Positions 40,626 through 54,800 of a stretch of 64,000 nt of DNA are shown here, piece after piece. A model generated the notes under the pieces. The model did no database searches. It saw nothing but the letters and a program-made list of their open reading frames with translations, and had not been told where the DNA came from. Origin of the DNA: the human T2T-CHM13v2.0 reference genome, Homo sapiens. The stretch lies in assembly GCF_009914755.1 (NCBI RefSeq), contig NC_060927.1. One strand, given 5' to 3'. Positions within the stretch are counted from its first letter, which is position 1; every line of letters starts with the position of its first letter. The position numbers and the translations under genes are program-made.

Positions 40626-40911
40626 CAGATACTCTTTGACTTACTGGGGGTTACATCTTGATAAACCCGGTGTCAGTTGAAAATATTGTTATTTGAAATA
40701 TATCTAACCTACGGGACATCATAGCTTAGTCTTGCCTACCTTAGACATACTCAGAACACTTACATTAGTCTAAAGTTGGGGGAAATTGTGTAAAACAAAG
40801 CCTATTTATAATAAACTGTTGAATATAATTATATTCATGTAATATATTGAATTCTGTACTGAAAGTGAAAAACAGAATGGTTGTATGGGTTCTTGAAATA
40901 TGGTTTGTACT
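40626..40911 (+). mobile_element. MER47A-like Tigger-family MITE
   Basis: ta|cagatactctttgacttac...catcatagcttag...tactgaaagtgaaaaacagaatggttgtatggg. Confidence 0.75.
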
Positions 40912-41069
40912 TTATTTTTAACCATTTTGATGATCCCTGGCACTGCAGCTCTGAGTTTGGTTTGACATTCTGATTATTACATCTCACCCAAAACTTTGCT
41001 CTCCATTTACTTTTGAGTTCTTCATGGGATAGATGAGTAGTGTCTGAAGTGTTTTGAAAATTAAATGCC

Positions 41070-41368
41070 GGCCGGGTGCGGTGGCTTACGCCTGTAATCC
41101 CAGCACTTTGGGAGGCCGAGGCGGGCGGATCACGAGGTCAGGAGATCGAGACCATCCTGGCTAACACGGTGAAACCCCGTCTCTACTAAAAATACAAAAA
41201 ATTAGCCGGGCGAGGTGGCGGGCGCCTGTAGTCCTAGCTACTCGGGAGGCTGAGGCAGGAGAATGGCGTGAACCCCAGGGGGCGGAGCCTGCAGTGAGCC
41301 GAGATTGCGCCACTGCACTCCAGCCTGGGCAACAGCGAGACTCCGTCTCAAAAAAAAAAAAAAAAAAA
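41070..41368 (+). mobile_element. Young AluY (AluYe5-like), intron 2
   Basis: CpG-rich; diagnostics gggcgAggtggcg, gaacccc-gggggcggagcCtgc and acagcgagac; 14-bp TSD gaaaattaaatgcc (41056-41069, 41379-41392). Confidence 0.95.
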
Positions 41369-42693
41369 GAAAATTAAAGAAAATTAAATGCCATAGAAGT
41401 TGTAAAGCATCAAGAACAAAGCCTGTAGGTCTAGAACCAATTCAGTTAGCAAAACCAAAGGGTTGTTGCTCCATGGTGAGGGTTTTATATTTTTTAATCC
41501 CCTCTTTCCCCCTGATAAAAGTAATATGAGTATCTTTTGACAAACAAAGGCTGAAAATTTACGGCACCTGGGGAAAAGTTTATGTGACAGCCATATATTA
41601 GGTTGACATTTACTTTTTGCATGATCTTGGCATGATCCTATTAAATACTTGATTTTTCCCACTCCCTTTTTCAGATTTTATACTTACCAGACCACTTTTC
41701 TGATTATTTCTTGACTTGCCATGTAGATCCTCCTACAGGAAGTGAACACCCTGCTGGAGTATTCTACTCTCTATTTACCTCTTCCTACATCTGTGAATAT
41801 TGTAGCAGCGTATACTATTCTTTCTTTTTTAAAGTGTACACAAGCAGGTGGTTTTTAGTATATTCATAGAGTTGTGCAATTTTCCTAAGCTTAAAAAAAT
41901 TATTTCAGTGTTTATAACAATAATTTTTTATAATTCATTTTATGCAGACATTCCTGGAATAATTATTACTAATTCCTGACCTTAGATGAATCCAGCCATA
42001 TAGCTTCTGTATTCTTCCATTTCATACAGTGAGCATTGCTCTAGTGCTGCTTTAACTGTGGTCATTTCTTTTCAAATGTCTCATGGGTCCTCTAAATAGT
42101 CACTTTGCAAAAGTCTCTGTCTGTTCATTTACTCTCTTTTCTTTCCACTTTCTAGTAAATGACCTTTATTTTATTTCTTCACAGGGAAATTGAGATTTTG
42201 CTGTGGCAACTCCCCCAGTGTCCTTTATCATCTAAACCTCATTAAAACAGCAACAGATAGATTCTTCTTTGAGAACTTGTTACATCAGTTATCTTCTTCA
42301 GTGTCCCACCTCCTTCCTTTAATATCCAACTTCTCTTGCCTTCCTATAAAAAGTATATATAAGACTCTCTTCTGCTTCTCCTTGCTTGTCCACTGTTTTT
42401 AAAAGTATTTATTGCCTTTCTGCTTCCTCAGCCTCTATTCATTCCTTAGTCCATTAAAACCTGACGTAGACCTCTGCCTTGCCATTAGCAACCACCTAAT
42501 TGGCAAATTTGTGAAGTGATTGTGACTAGTATCAACTTCTCGAAGTTGTTTCCTCCTTTGGAATAGTAACCTTCCTTCTTTTGGAATAGTAACCTTCAAA
42601 AAACATTAACTTACTACTCCTTTGCTTAAATGGTTCTAATGACTTCCCATTGTTCTGGAAGTAAAATCCAAACACCTTAAAGCCAGGGCATAA

Positions 42694-43296
<603 letters not shown>

Positions 43297-44136
43297 TAGT
43301 TCTAGTTGTACATATGACATGCCCACCTAATACCTTATAGCTCCTTTATATTTATTTTGTTTATATATAAAATATTGACACTATTATGGCAATTGTACAT
43401 ACCTTGTCATCCAATTAGAACCTTAAACTTTACCCATATACTTAATTATTTTTGCCTGAAATGTTTCTCCAATCTAGCTTTTCATTCTGGGCCATCTATA
43501 GTTGCTCTCATGATCTTAATCCTTCCAATCTTCAGCCCAGAGTTATCTTTCTATAAAATAAATTATGGTCGTGATTACACAAGTTACGACCTATTTTTCT
43601 AGCGTCACCTGTATCTCCTTGCCAACTACGTTTCTCACACTCTAGCCACAGTGAACTTATTGCTTCGTGAACCAAATGGAGCAATCCCTTATGTCCATGT
43701 CTTTGCATATACTGTGTCCTGAACCTAGAATGCTATTTTTTCCTAGTTTCTTTTCAGATTTGTTTTCTTTTAAGACCTAAATCAGATGTTCTCCTTTTTG
43801 CAGCCTTCTACAGCCCCAGGGACAAGTGCTAATTTAATTCCCCACTATTCCTGTAGCATTGTGTCATATTTCTTTATGGCACTTTCTGTGTATGATGGAA
43901 AGTCGCTAGACTAAACCTGTAAGTGGTAGAGACCTTTCTGAATCTTTCTGCCTAGCGTTAGTGGGCTCCCAGTGAATGTTTGTATGAATTTATATATTTA
44001 AATGTTTATGGTTATAATATACTTTTACCTAAAAGTGTAGAACAAATACTATTAATTAGTGAAATATTCTATTTTTGGAAGCAATGAAAACTATTTAAAA
44101 AATTTTTTTCTACTTCTGCTTTTCCTCCTTTCACAG

Positions 44137-44468
44137 ATAAACCTGAAAATTGGGATGTATGGTATGAAAGCAAGTTTGATGACTGTGATAAGGAGGCTTG
44201 CTTATCATTTTCAAAAGAAATTCTTTGTGCTCGTGCCACTGTGGACCACAATTACTATGCTGTTTGTCAGAACCTCTTATCCAGACATGCCACCTGGCGT
44301 GGCACTTCTGGAGGACTCCTTCATGATCCACCAAGTGAAATTGCCAAAGATGGCCGGCTCGAGGCCTTGCTGGATGAGTGTGCCAACCCAAAGAAGCGCT
44401 ATGGCAGATTCCAGGCTGCAAAAGAACTGCGTGAATACCTAGCACAATTAAGTAACAACGTGAGGTAG
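44137..44468 (+). CDS. DIPK2A: DIPK2A coding exon 3 (aa 321-430, stop TAG 44466-44468)
   Basis: Long polypyrimidine tract and cacag|AT acceptor; completes codon AAT and reads NKPENWDVWYESKFDDCDKEAC...GGLLHDPP...LSNNVR*. Total 657+304+332=1293 nt = 430 aa plus stop. Confidence 0.97.
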
Positions 44469-45914
44469 TCTATGGTGAACTTTTCTTTTTTTCTCCATTT
44501 AAACAGCACTGGCTAAAACTAAACCACCAAAAAACGATCTGAAAAAATGAAATTTGGAAGTGTTACATTCAGAGGATGATAAACTTGCACTGATAGATCT
44601 TAATGTTAACATCCATCAAAATAAGACATTACTTCAAAAATCACATGATGCTTCTGCAAATAAGTATGTTCTTATACTTTGGAGGCTTGAGCTGTCATCA
44701 GCTGCTCCCCACTACCCCGGAATGCTTGAGTGGATTAATGAATATTGTTAAGCTATTGGAAATGAGTCTGATAGTACATTGGCTTGTGTATCAAAGGGTA
44801 CTTGGTACTTAGTTTGCATTTACTATCATGATTTTGTGAATCTCTTGCATTTACTTTGAATGTCAAGTCAGATTGGTCTGTTTTATAGGCCGCTTTTTCC
44901 TTCTGATGTGTAGGGTTTTTTCCCCCTTTTTTTTTTTAATTAAATTTTGAAAATTCAGGTTACTGTAGGTGTTCATTTAAATTTTTAATAGTTGTCATTC
45001 AGTGCTATTTGGTACATATTTACTGTTAGGGCAGGATTCCCAGGTTTACTGTGTTTTTTTTTTTTTTTTTTAAAGAAAGCTAAATATTACATTATGTAAA
45101 TACTTCTTTTCACCAACTTCTGTAGTTTCACCATTGCATGGTGTCATTTCAGGTTATTTAACAGTTATATCCCTCTATGCCAATAATTAGAAGTGTACAC
45201 TAAACATGAAGTTTGGCATATGTTGCAAAATGTCATTTTATCTTTTCTAAAGGCTTTAAGAAGAATATACTAGAATCTATATATTGATGTTAATTTTGAT
45301 TCAGAAAAAAAATACAACCCAGTATCTAAAAAGTGTTAACTAGTCCAAGATAGTAATGCATATGCCAAAGAAATATTACACCTAATCTCATGTTTAGAAT
45401 TTAAAATAGAATTGGTCAGCTACTTATTCTTACCACCCTACTTCCAGTATTTTAGCTCTGTCATTATTAAATTCAGATCTTCCTGATTATTTTTTCTGTT
45501 GAAAGTTAAACTACTGCTTTCAAGTAATTTAAAGTTATCCTACCTTTTATTCATGGGTAGTTTTGCAAAATTAACATGGTAGCCATTGTTTGAATTTAAT
45601 CGGGCATCATAACTTTTCATTTATTGAGGAACTAATCATTATTACTATAAAGCATACAAATTAGCCAGTCAGCACACTTTGGTCTTCTTTACCTAAGGGT
45701 TAAACATCAGAACATCAAATTTAATTATTTGCATAGAAATGTGTGGGCTCTTTATATAAGTTGACTATCACTAACAGGTAATATTTTTCTGTTTGAAGTT
45801 GTTACTTTTGTTTACAGCAAAGTTTGATGTAGTGTGCAGTAGTGAGCTCTAGACTGATCTTTTTCTAAATCAGAAAGTGATTAAAGTATGCACAACCAAA
45901 GGCAGGTTTTTCTT

Positions 45915-45995
45915 TTTCATTTATTCAGCAACTATTTATTAAGCATCAACTCTGTGCCAGGCACGTTACTAGCTGCTACATACTGTCTGAACATG
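45915..45995 (-). mobile_element. L2 3'-end fragment in the 3' UTR
   Basis: ttcatttattcagcaactatttattaagcatcaactctgtgccaggcac. Confidence 0.7.
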
Positions 45996-46970
45996 ACATA
46001 CGGTTAAGTAACTTTACAATTATTATCAAATACTTCAATGTAGATATTTCTTAAGTTGAAATAGCATTAACTAGGATAATGCTTTCATGTTATTTTATTG
46101 TCTTGTGATAGAAATTCAACTTGTACCATCTAAAACTAGGTTGCTATAAAAATAGGAGGATGAAGTCAATAAAGTTTATGCCAGTTTAAAAACTGGAAGG
46201 AAAAGGTAAGAGCTCTCCATTATAAAATAGTTGCATTCGGTTAATTTTTACACATTAGTGCATTGCGTATATCAACTGGCCCTCAATGAAGCATTTAAGT
46301 GCTTGGAATTTTACTAAACTGACTTTTTTGCAACTTTGGGAGATTTTTGAGGGGAGTGTTGAAAATTGCCAAACACTCACCTCTTACTCAAAACTTCAAA
46401 TAAAATACACATTTTCAAGAGGGAGCACCTTTTATATTTGATAAGTTTTCATTATAAACCTTATAATACCAGTCACAAAGAGGTTGTCTGTCTATGGTTT
46501 AGCAAACATTTGCTTTTCTTTTTGGAAGTGTGATTGCAATTGCAGAACAGAAAGTGAGAAAACACTGCCAGCGGTGATTGCTACTTGAGGTAGTTTTTTA
46601 CAACTACCATTTCCCCTCCATGAAATTATGTGAAATTTATTTTATCTTTGGGAAAAGTTGAGAAGATAGTAAAAGAATTAGGAATTTAAAATTACAGGGA
46701 AAAATATGTAAGTGAAAAGCAATAAATATTTTGTTCACTTTGCTATCAAGATGTTCACTATCAGATATTTATTATATGGCAGCAATTTATATTTTTAATC
46801 ATTGCCCATTAATAGACGCAGTAAAATATTTTTGAATCAGACATTTGGGGTTTGTATGTGCATTAAAATTGTCTTTTGTACTGTAAGTTACTGTTAATTT
46901 GAATATTTTATTGAACTGTCTCCCTGTGCCTTTATAATATAAAGTTGTTTCTACAACTTTTAATGATCTT

Positions 46971-46976
46971 AATAAA
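46971..46976 (+). terminator. Likely main polyadenylation signal AATAAA
   Basis: Canonical hexamer with UGUA and U-rich sequence upstream and T-rich sequence downstream. Other AATAAA copies occur at 46168, 46399 and 46721. Confidence 0.7.
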
Positions 46977-47302
46977 GAATACTTTAAGAATCACACTTTT
47001 CAGACTATTTCTTAACTTCAGATATCCACATTTTTCTTGAGTGGAAAGTGAGTTTGAGTAGATAAGTTACTAGTTTCCTCTTGCATGCACTTTAATTAGA
47101 ATTTTGAGGGAACTATCTGATTGGGTGTGCACCAGGCTTTAAGGTTATGTGTGTTTTCTTTTTCTGTAGTAGTGAGTTTTTAAAAAACTTTTACCACTAA
47201 AATGGAATTAAAAGAAAAACTTCATTATGGAAATTTTCAAATGTATGCAAGAGAATAACATAATGAACAGTAGTATATCATTACACTAACTTCAAAAGTT
47301 AA

Positions 47303-47730
<428 letters not shown>

Positions 47731-50319
47731 TCACAATACTATTTTTACATCTAAAAAATTACAATAAAAACTCAGTATCACCAAAGCAGGAAAACTTAAA
47801 CACCATTGTTTTTCTCAGAAACTCTGGATCCAACTGCAGGGATTCTGAACCACTGGCTGTATACATGGAGCAATTTCATGATCAGTAAGACTAATAACTG
47901 AAATTGATTCTAACATGTTGTTATAAATATGTAAACCTATGCATTCAAAATGCTACTAAAACCAGCAACCAAAAACAACAAACTACCTTGGTAACCTTCG
48001 AAAGGATATTGAAAAAATCATTCTGAAAACTGCTAAATCGGAGAAAAAGAAACATTTATCTTGCCTTACCTCAGGATGATCAAATTATGAAGGGAAAATT
48101 TTGTTGACTACGTAGAATTATTTCAATTAACAAATGCAGAAGAAGTGTTAGAATATCGCTGTTTTTCAATTCCCATTAATTTGACAAATCTAAGCAATGA
48201 TCATCAATGGCTTCAGAGGCTATTAGTTGAAAAACTGATAAAAAACCTTGTAAGGATAGATGAGAATGGCAACACCGGAACCCACTGGTCAATCTTACAG
48301 TAGTGTGCCTTCTGATAAGACTCAGCAGGTACCCAGCACTACCTATGAAGTGTTCGGCCAAAAGACAAAAACCCTGAATCGAATCAAGCTCCTACACCTA
48401 TCTGTAAATGGAGAGTGAACAGCACAAAGGAACACATTAAAGAACACCATGGGGGCGCAGCCAACAAAATTCTGAACAGGCGATTCTACAGGATAAATAA
48501 CTTAGTTTTCTTTAACAAGTTGTAGGGAAAAGGAGGAGGGACCATTAAAAGATTTAAGAAACACAAAAATGCAAGTGTTACCTTTGTATACTGATTTGAA
48601 TAAATCAACTTTTTGAAAAAGTTGAAATTTGAACAACTGAACAATAAGGTGAATGTCTTGGGTAAGCTCATCCATTTTAATTTTGCATCTCGTCATGTAA
48701 AAAAAACCACAAAGTAGCTACTTTATATTAAGTCATAGTTTACTAATTTATATTGTTAACTGTAAGTTTAAATTTTTGATAAGAATATTTAGTAGGGTTC
48801 CTTTTTTTTTTTTTTCCCCCAAAGATTATTTGCCTCTAGTCACAAAAATAGGTAGTGGTAGAGCTGGTGTTCAGTGTTCTGATTGATTTTTTGATTGACT
48901 TCACCAATTTTTCTACTGCCCGAGTTCTTCAGCTTGAAGTCCCAGAAGTATATAGTTGAAGGTAAAATCGTATAATTGTAAAGAAAAAAAATCATTTCTT
49001 CAATTATTATAAAGTAGGGGAAGGGAAGATTTGGGAAGGCAAGGAGAGGTAGAAGAATCTCAGGTGACATACAAGATAAAAAAGGGTTAGAGGAGGGTTG
49101 AAGAGGGTAGAAAATGAGAGAACTAACATCTCATGAAAGGGTAAGATCTTGTTCCCTTTGACCTCAAAACTTGAGGCTTCTCACATATGTATACAAATGA
49201 TTTAGATTACTCTTCTCAACATGGATCTACTAATGTATTCTATCTCTAGGGATCTACCTCGGCCTTTTCTTTCCCCTTATCTATGAATATTGTTGAAACT
49301 GCAGGCCATGCCTTGTACCCTAAGTTCTAAGAGTATAGACTTGTAAAAAAACAAAACAATACAAAAACTACCTCTTAAGGTGACAGATGATTAAAAATAT
49401 GCTTGACAGTTATTCAATCAGGCTTGTTATTTTGTTAATTTTAGCCTTCTTTTTCTATCTGTATGTCAGATGTCTATGTAACTTAGTATATTGAAAGAGG
49501 TCACCTATAGGTTATTAGATGAAGATAGGAGTAGCAGATGCAGTGCTCTTTTAGTATTTCATTTTAATCCTGGAACAAAACCAATGGTGCTCCAGTATCA
49601 TTAAGTGAACTAATTTATTTATTTATTTTTTGTACTTGAAGTCATTGATTACTGGTTTTAGTTTCTTGTCATATGTCTTCATTTTTTTTTTTAAAGCTAC
49701 TCTAACTATACTCAACAGTATCCTAAGGACTCCATGTAAATTGTTTTTCCATTTTTTGAAGAATCACTTAGTAATATTTTTGGGTGGGGAGGAGTGGTAA
49801 GGAAAACATACCCACTCTCATTTATTTTCTGAGACTTACCTTAAAAGGTGTGTTTTCAATAGTGCCATCAGCAATTCGGAAAGGCAACTTTTTAGAGTTG
49901 CTTTTTACAACAATGCCTATATATTTATAGTAATACCATGGATTGAGTTTCTTTGATTTTTTTGTCTCATTGGGACACTATGTATATTTCTGTGGTTTTT
50001 TAATATTATGACTTCCTGACAAATTAATTTCAAATATTTGGGGAAGGAGAATCGGATTACAGGCAGGTTTTGGTCATACAAACCTAAATAGATCGGTGTA
50101 CTTTTTGTGAGATGTAATGCAGTTTTGAGGATATTTCTCTATCTCCCTCTAGCAGTATTTTTTAAAGTCATTGCTGTCATTAAAACCATAAATAGAAATC
50201 TCAAACAGTTGGCACTCATTTGTTTTCAAGAGAGAGAATATTTCTCTGATGCCATTTAATAAAAGGCAGTTAAAAAGAGGAAACAGACATCTTTGAACTA
50301 CTTAAAATGAATGCTTAGA

Positions 50320-50520
50320 TGTTTCTGAGAGGGAGAGTTTGAATCTCTTCTTTGACACTTGCCACCTGTGGCCCTAGACAAATCATTTAACATCTGTGAG
50401 ACAGTTGTCCACACACAGAATTTCCTCTTTGACCCTACTACAGGGTCACTGGACAGATGGGGTAATGTATAGGAAAACACTTTGTAAGCTGTGAAGTGCT
50501 ATACAAGAATAGTTTAATAA
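50320..50520 (+). mobile_element. MIR
   Basis: gtttgaatctc...ccctagacaaatcatttaacatct...gtaatgtat..aaaacactttgtaa. Confidence 0.6.
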
Positions 50521-51595
50521 TAAATAAACATTGATGGTTTGCCCGGAGAAAAAGAAGGGACTTCATTCAAGGATTAAATAATTGGTTTCTTGCTAGCTGG
50601 CAGGGCACAGCCACCAATGACTTTTACCTCTTTATAATTCAAGACTGTAAACTAGTTGTATCAGGGGAGAGGCATTCAGCAGATACTTTTAGAAAACTTC
50701 CTGTGATTTAGATGAATTTGCCAAAGATATGATTTGGTGTGAAGATTTTAAGTTTCCAATTCTTAGCATTTCATAGGATAAGCATTTATAATTAGCTGGG
50801 GGAAAAATCATGCGTTTTGAGGGGAGGAGGACTGTTGAAGACTATTAGTATTGTCAAATTATTCTTGAAGTTAACATCTTTTGTTGAAATATCAAAAGTA
50901 AGGAAAAATGTTACCATAAGTAACAATATTTATGGTATTATAAATTTATATACATATTAAGTATATATAAATTCATAAGTTATACTTAAGTATATAGTTA
51001 TATTAAGTAAGTTATAGTATATGAAACCAGTAAGTCTAACTTAAATGTTAACATCCTCAAAAGAAAAAACACAATAGAAACTAACATGGCAAAATGTGCA
51101 AGCTCATTAAAAATCAAATAATGGGTCACTCCATTTCTACCCTCATTGGAAGGAAACAGTACCAGTAAAAATGGTAGAGAATCAGATTGAGTTTTCCTCC
51201 TTGGCTTAGCAGAACGTGTGTCTTCGGCAAGGAGGTGGTGGAGGGACCAGGGGTGCTATAAGGCAAAGAGAGAAATCCTAGGGTGGATCCAGACACTTCT
51301 TTGCCCTTTTAGATGCCTATACTAAACAAAACTCCAAAAGAAAAACAGGCTGGAGTTGGCCTGTGGGTCATAATTTGCCAACCTACATTCTAAATTATTG
51401 CATAGTATTTGTGCATAAAAATATGACATACTTCATTTAATCATTTCTCTGGTTTATGTCCAACTTTTAAGTATTAAACATGCTGTTATGAATATCATTA
51501 TGCAAATAACCCTGCACATGTATGAGTACTTCTGCAAGAAGTGAGAGGTCAAGTACATGTATGAGTACTGCAAGAAGTGCAGGTCAAAATGTGCA

Positions 51596-52618
51596 TTTTT
51601 TTTCAGATTTTTATTTTGAGTTTAGGAGTATGCGTGCAGGTTTGTTATATAGGTAAACTTGTGTCACAGGGGTTTCTTGCACATATTATTTTGTGACCCA
51701 GGTACTAAATGTATACCCAATGGTTATTTTTTCTGCTCCTCTTTCACCCTTCTCCCTCAGGTAAGCCCCAGTGTCTCTTGTTCCCCCCTTTGTCCATGTG
51801 TTCTCATAATTTAGCTCCCACTTTTAAGTGAGAACATGCAGTATTTGGTTTTCTGTTCCTGCGTTAGTTTGCTAAGGATAACAGCCTCCAGCTCCATCCA
51901 TGTTCCTGCAAAGGACATGATTTCATTCTTTTTTATGACTGCATAGTATTACATGTGTGTACCACATTTTCTTTATCCGGTCTACCATTGATGGACATTT
52001 AGGTTGATTCCATGTCTTGCCTATTTTGAATAGTGCTGCAGTGAACATACACATGCATGTGTCTTTATGATAAAATGGTTTATATTCCTGCAGGTATATA
52101 TCCAGTAATGGGATCGCTGAGTTGAACAGTAGTTTTGTTTTCAGCTCTTTCAGGAACTGCCACACTGCTTTCCACAATGGTTGAACCAGTGTACACTCTC
52201 ACCAACAGTGTGTAAGCATTCCCTTTGCTTTGCAACCTCATCAGCATCTGTTATTTTTTGACTTTTTAGTAATAGGCATTCTGACTGGTGTGAAATGGTA
52301 TCTCCTTGTGGTTTTGATTTGCATTTCTCCAATGATAAGTGATATTGAGCTTTCTAAAATATGCTTCTTGGCTGCATGTATTTCTTCTTTTGAAAAGTGT
52401 TCATGTCCTTTGCCCGCTTTTTAATTTTTTTTATTTTCTTGTAAATTTAAGTTCCTTATAGATGCTGGATATTAGACTTTTGTCAGATGCATAGTTTGCA
52501 AAAGTGTTCTCACATTCTGTAGGTTGTTGTTTTTACTGTGTTGATAGTTTCTTTTGCTGTGCAGAAACCCTTTCATTTAGTTAGATCCCATTTGTCAATT
52601 TTTGCTTTAGTTGCAATT
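51596..52618 (-). mobile_element. L1PA (older, PA13-16-like) 5'-truncated 3' end
   Basis: Antisense L1 3' UTR plus ORF2 C-terminal peptides (WKAVWQFLKEL...AIPLL...KTWNQPKCPS). Confidence 0.92.
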
Positions 52619-53577
52619 AGGCCTGCATATTTAATCATGTAAGTTACTTCCAAATTCTCCTCCAAAGATCTTTGCCAACTTAGACTTCCAAAACAGTGTA
52701 TGAGAATGGGCTTCTTATAGGCTGTGCCAATACTGGCTATTGTTGGTTTATTTTTATAAATATTACCAATATTACCTGTAAAACAGGTAACCTTGCAACT
52801 GCTTAGTTTGCAATTGCTTAATTTGTTCATGAGGTTCGAAAGAACTAATAACATCCACTTACTTTCCTCCTTGATTTAGAATAAGAAACGGATGTAGGAA
52901 TTAAGAAGCTAGGGAATATCGTCTATGCTGTTGTTAAAGCTGTTATTGTGGTTTATATCCAAGGTAACGATAGTTTTCTTAATACTGTGTCCCAGAATTA
53001 ATCGTCTCCACTTTTGTCAGAGTGGGGAAACCACAGACCTTCTGCCATTGGCAATCTCCCCTTGAGAAATATACATGAAGAAGCAGAGAATTTGTGATTC
53101 ATGAGACAGTCATCCTAAAAGGGAAGCGAAAGTGACCGACTGCATGTGCCCAGTTCCTTTCCTCAAATTCACCCATTAGATAAGTCATTGGTGAAAGGGA
53201 AAATACAGATTGGGAGTCCTACTTGTAGGAAGTCCTTCCACTCGAAAACTTGAGAAGTAGAAAGTCATTATCTTCCCCTAATCTTAGCTCCAAACTTCAT
53301 GAGGCTCACCATCTCTCCCATGAGTTTGATCGCCATGTAATTTTTTTGTGAACTGCTTGTTTTATCTGTTTCCCATCCTAAAAGCAGTTGTGGTGAGTTC
53401 TTATCACTTAGAATTTTTATTTTATACTTACTAAAAGAGCTAATTTAAACTCTTTTGTTTATCTAAAAGGGAAAATATAAGCGAAAACAAAATGGTTAAA
53501 GTATTTGCAAAACATTCTATGTTGAGTTCACCTACTCTCTTGACTCACTTTTAGGTTTTCTGTCTCACGTAATGATG

Positions 53578-53621
53578 TTGCCATTATGGCAAAAACAGCA
53601 ATTACTTTTGCGCCAACCTAA
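53578..53621. mobile_element. MADE1 (mariner MITE) half
   Basis: atggcaaaaacagcaattacttttgcgccaacctaa is the right TIR of MADE1; the left arm is largely lost. Confidence 0.85.
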
Positions 53622-53624
53622 TAC

Positions 53625-54080
53625 AATGAGGGGGCATCAATTACGTTCACAATGTTGTGTAACCATCACCACTATCTATTTCCAATATGTTTTATCATCC
53701 CAAACAGAAACTCTGTACCCAGTAAGCAATAATTCCCCATTTTTCCTTTTTCTAGCACCTGATAATTTCTAATCTACTTTCTGTCTCTATGAGTTTGCCT
53801 AGTCTAGATATTTCACGTGAGTGAACTCATACAACACTTTTCCTTTTGTGCCTGGCTTCTCTTGTTGAGCATAATGTACCATATTTTGTTTATCTGCTTA
53901 TCTGTTAATAGATACTTGGTTTGTTTCTACCTTTAGGCTATTGTGAACAATGCCACAGTGAATCCTGGTGTATAGGTTATCTGTTTGAGTCCCTGTTTTC
54001 AATTCCTTGGGAGTGGAATTGCTAGGTTGTATGATAATAATACATTTAACTTTTTGAGGAACCCCTAAACTGTCACACAT
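53625..54080 (-). mobile_element. L1MB-like 3' fragment
   Basis: cacaatgttgtgtaaccatcaccactatctatttcc...aatctactttctgtctctatgagtttgcct. Confidence 0.8.
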
Positions 54081-54609
54081 CTTTTATCTCTAACATATGA
54101 TTAACACTGTGGGGATGAGAAGGAATTTGTCCACCCTTGCTGCAGTGCTAGTAAGGAAGTGGCACTGACTATGAGCGAATTGGGAGTGATCCATCTCTCA
54201 ACAGTATACATGCAGGTTTGTCTTATTTGTCTTACAGTTGCAAGAGCTGCCAGAGGTTATTCAATTACATCTTTAGAAACAAAGACACTGTTGTAAGTAA
54301 ATCTAAGGAGTAGGCCTATGCCCAGAGATACTGAACAATTCATTTTTTAAAGGTTTGAAATGGTAGGTGGGAAAGCATTAAATGACTACTTGAGGAAGGG
54401 AGAGAGATTGAGAAACCACAGGCATCATTTGGGGCTTGTAAAGGGAAGAGGCTAGTATGAGGAGGTGGAGAGAGAAGAAACAATTACTTTAGATGTATAA
54501 GCATCCATATACCCATATAACAAACCTGCACATTTAACCTCAAATCTAAAATAAAAGTTGAAATTATGAAAAATAAAGAATACCACTCCTCACAAAGCAC
54601 ACTCTAAGT

Positions 54610-54800
54610 GACAGACATTGTGCTACATAATTTAAAGCAAGATAGGTATGCTATTTTCACTTTACATATAAAGAAACTATGGACCTAGAGATTAAGTGAC
54701 TTGTCCAAGGCTGCAGAGCCAGTAAGCTGCCAAGATGGTATTCGAATTCAGGGTTCTCTGGTTCTTCATGCCCCCAAGCCCTTTTTACAATGCCACACAA
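54610..54800 (-). mobile_element. MIR
   Basis: ttttacatataaagaaact...agagattaagtgacttgtccaagg...gtattcgaattcagg. Confidence 0.75.

Larger units (their letters stand above)
44469..46995 (+). other. DIPK2A: DIPK2A 3' UTR (~2.5 kb, AU-rich; end approximate)
   Basis: Follows the stop codon; largely repeat-free and U-rich up to AATAAA at 46971, after which interspersed repeats resume. Confidence 0.8.

Noticed and set aside
44059-44445. Alternative-frame and antisense ORFs over exon 3
   Set aside because: Non-ATG or intronic starts and no support; the spliced frame fully explains the region.
53551-53621. Possible miR-548-type hairpin from MADE1
   Set aside because: Only one TIR arm is intact, so a long hairpin cannot form.
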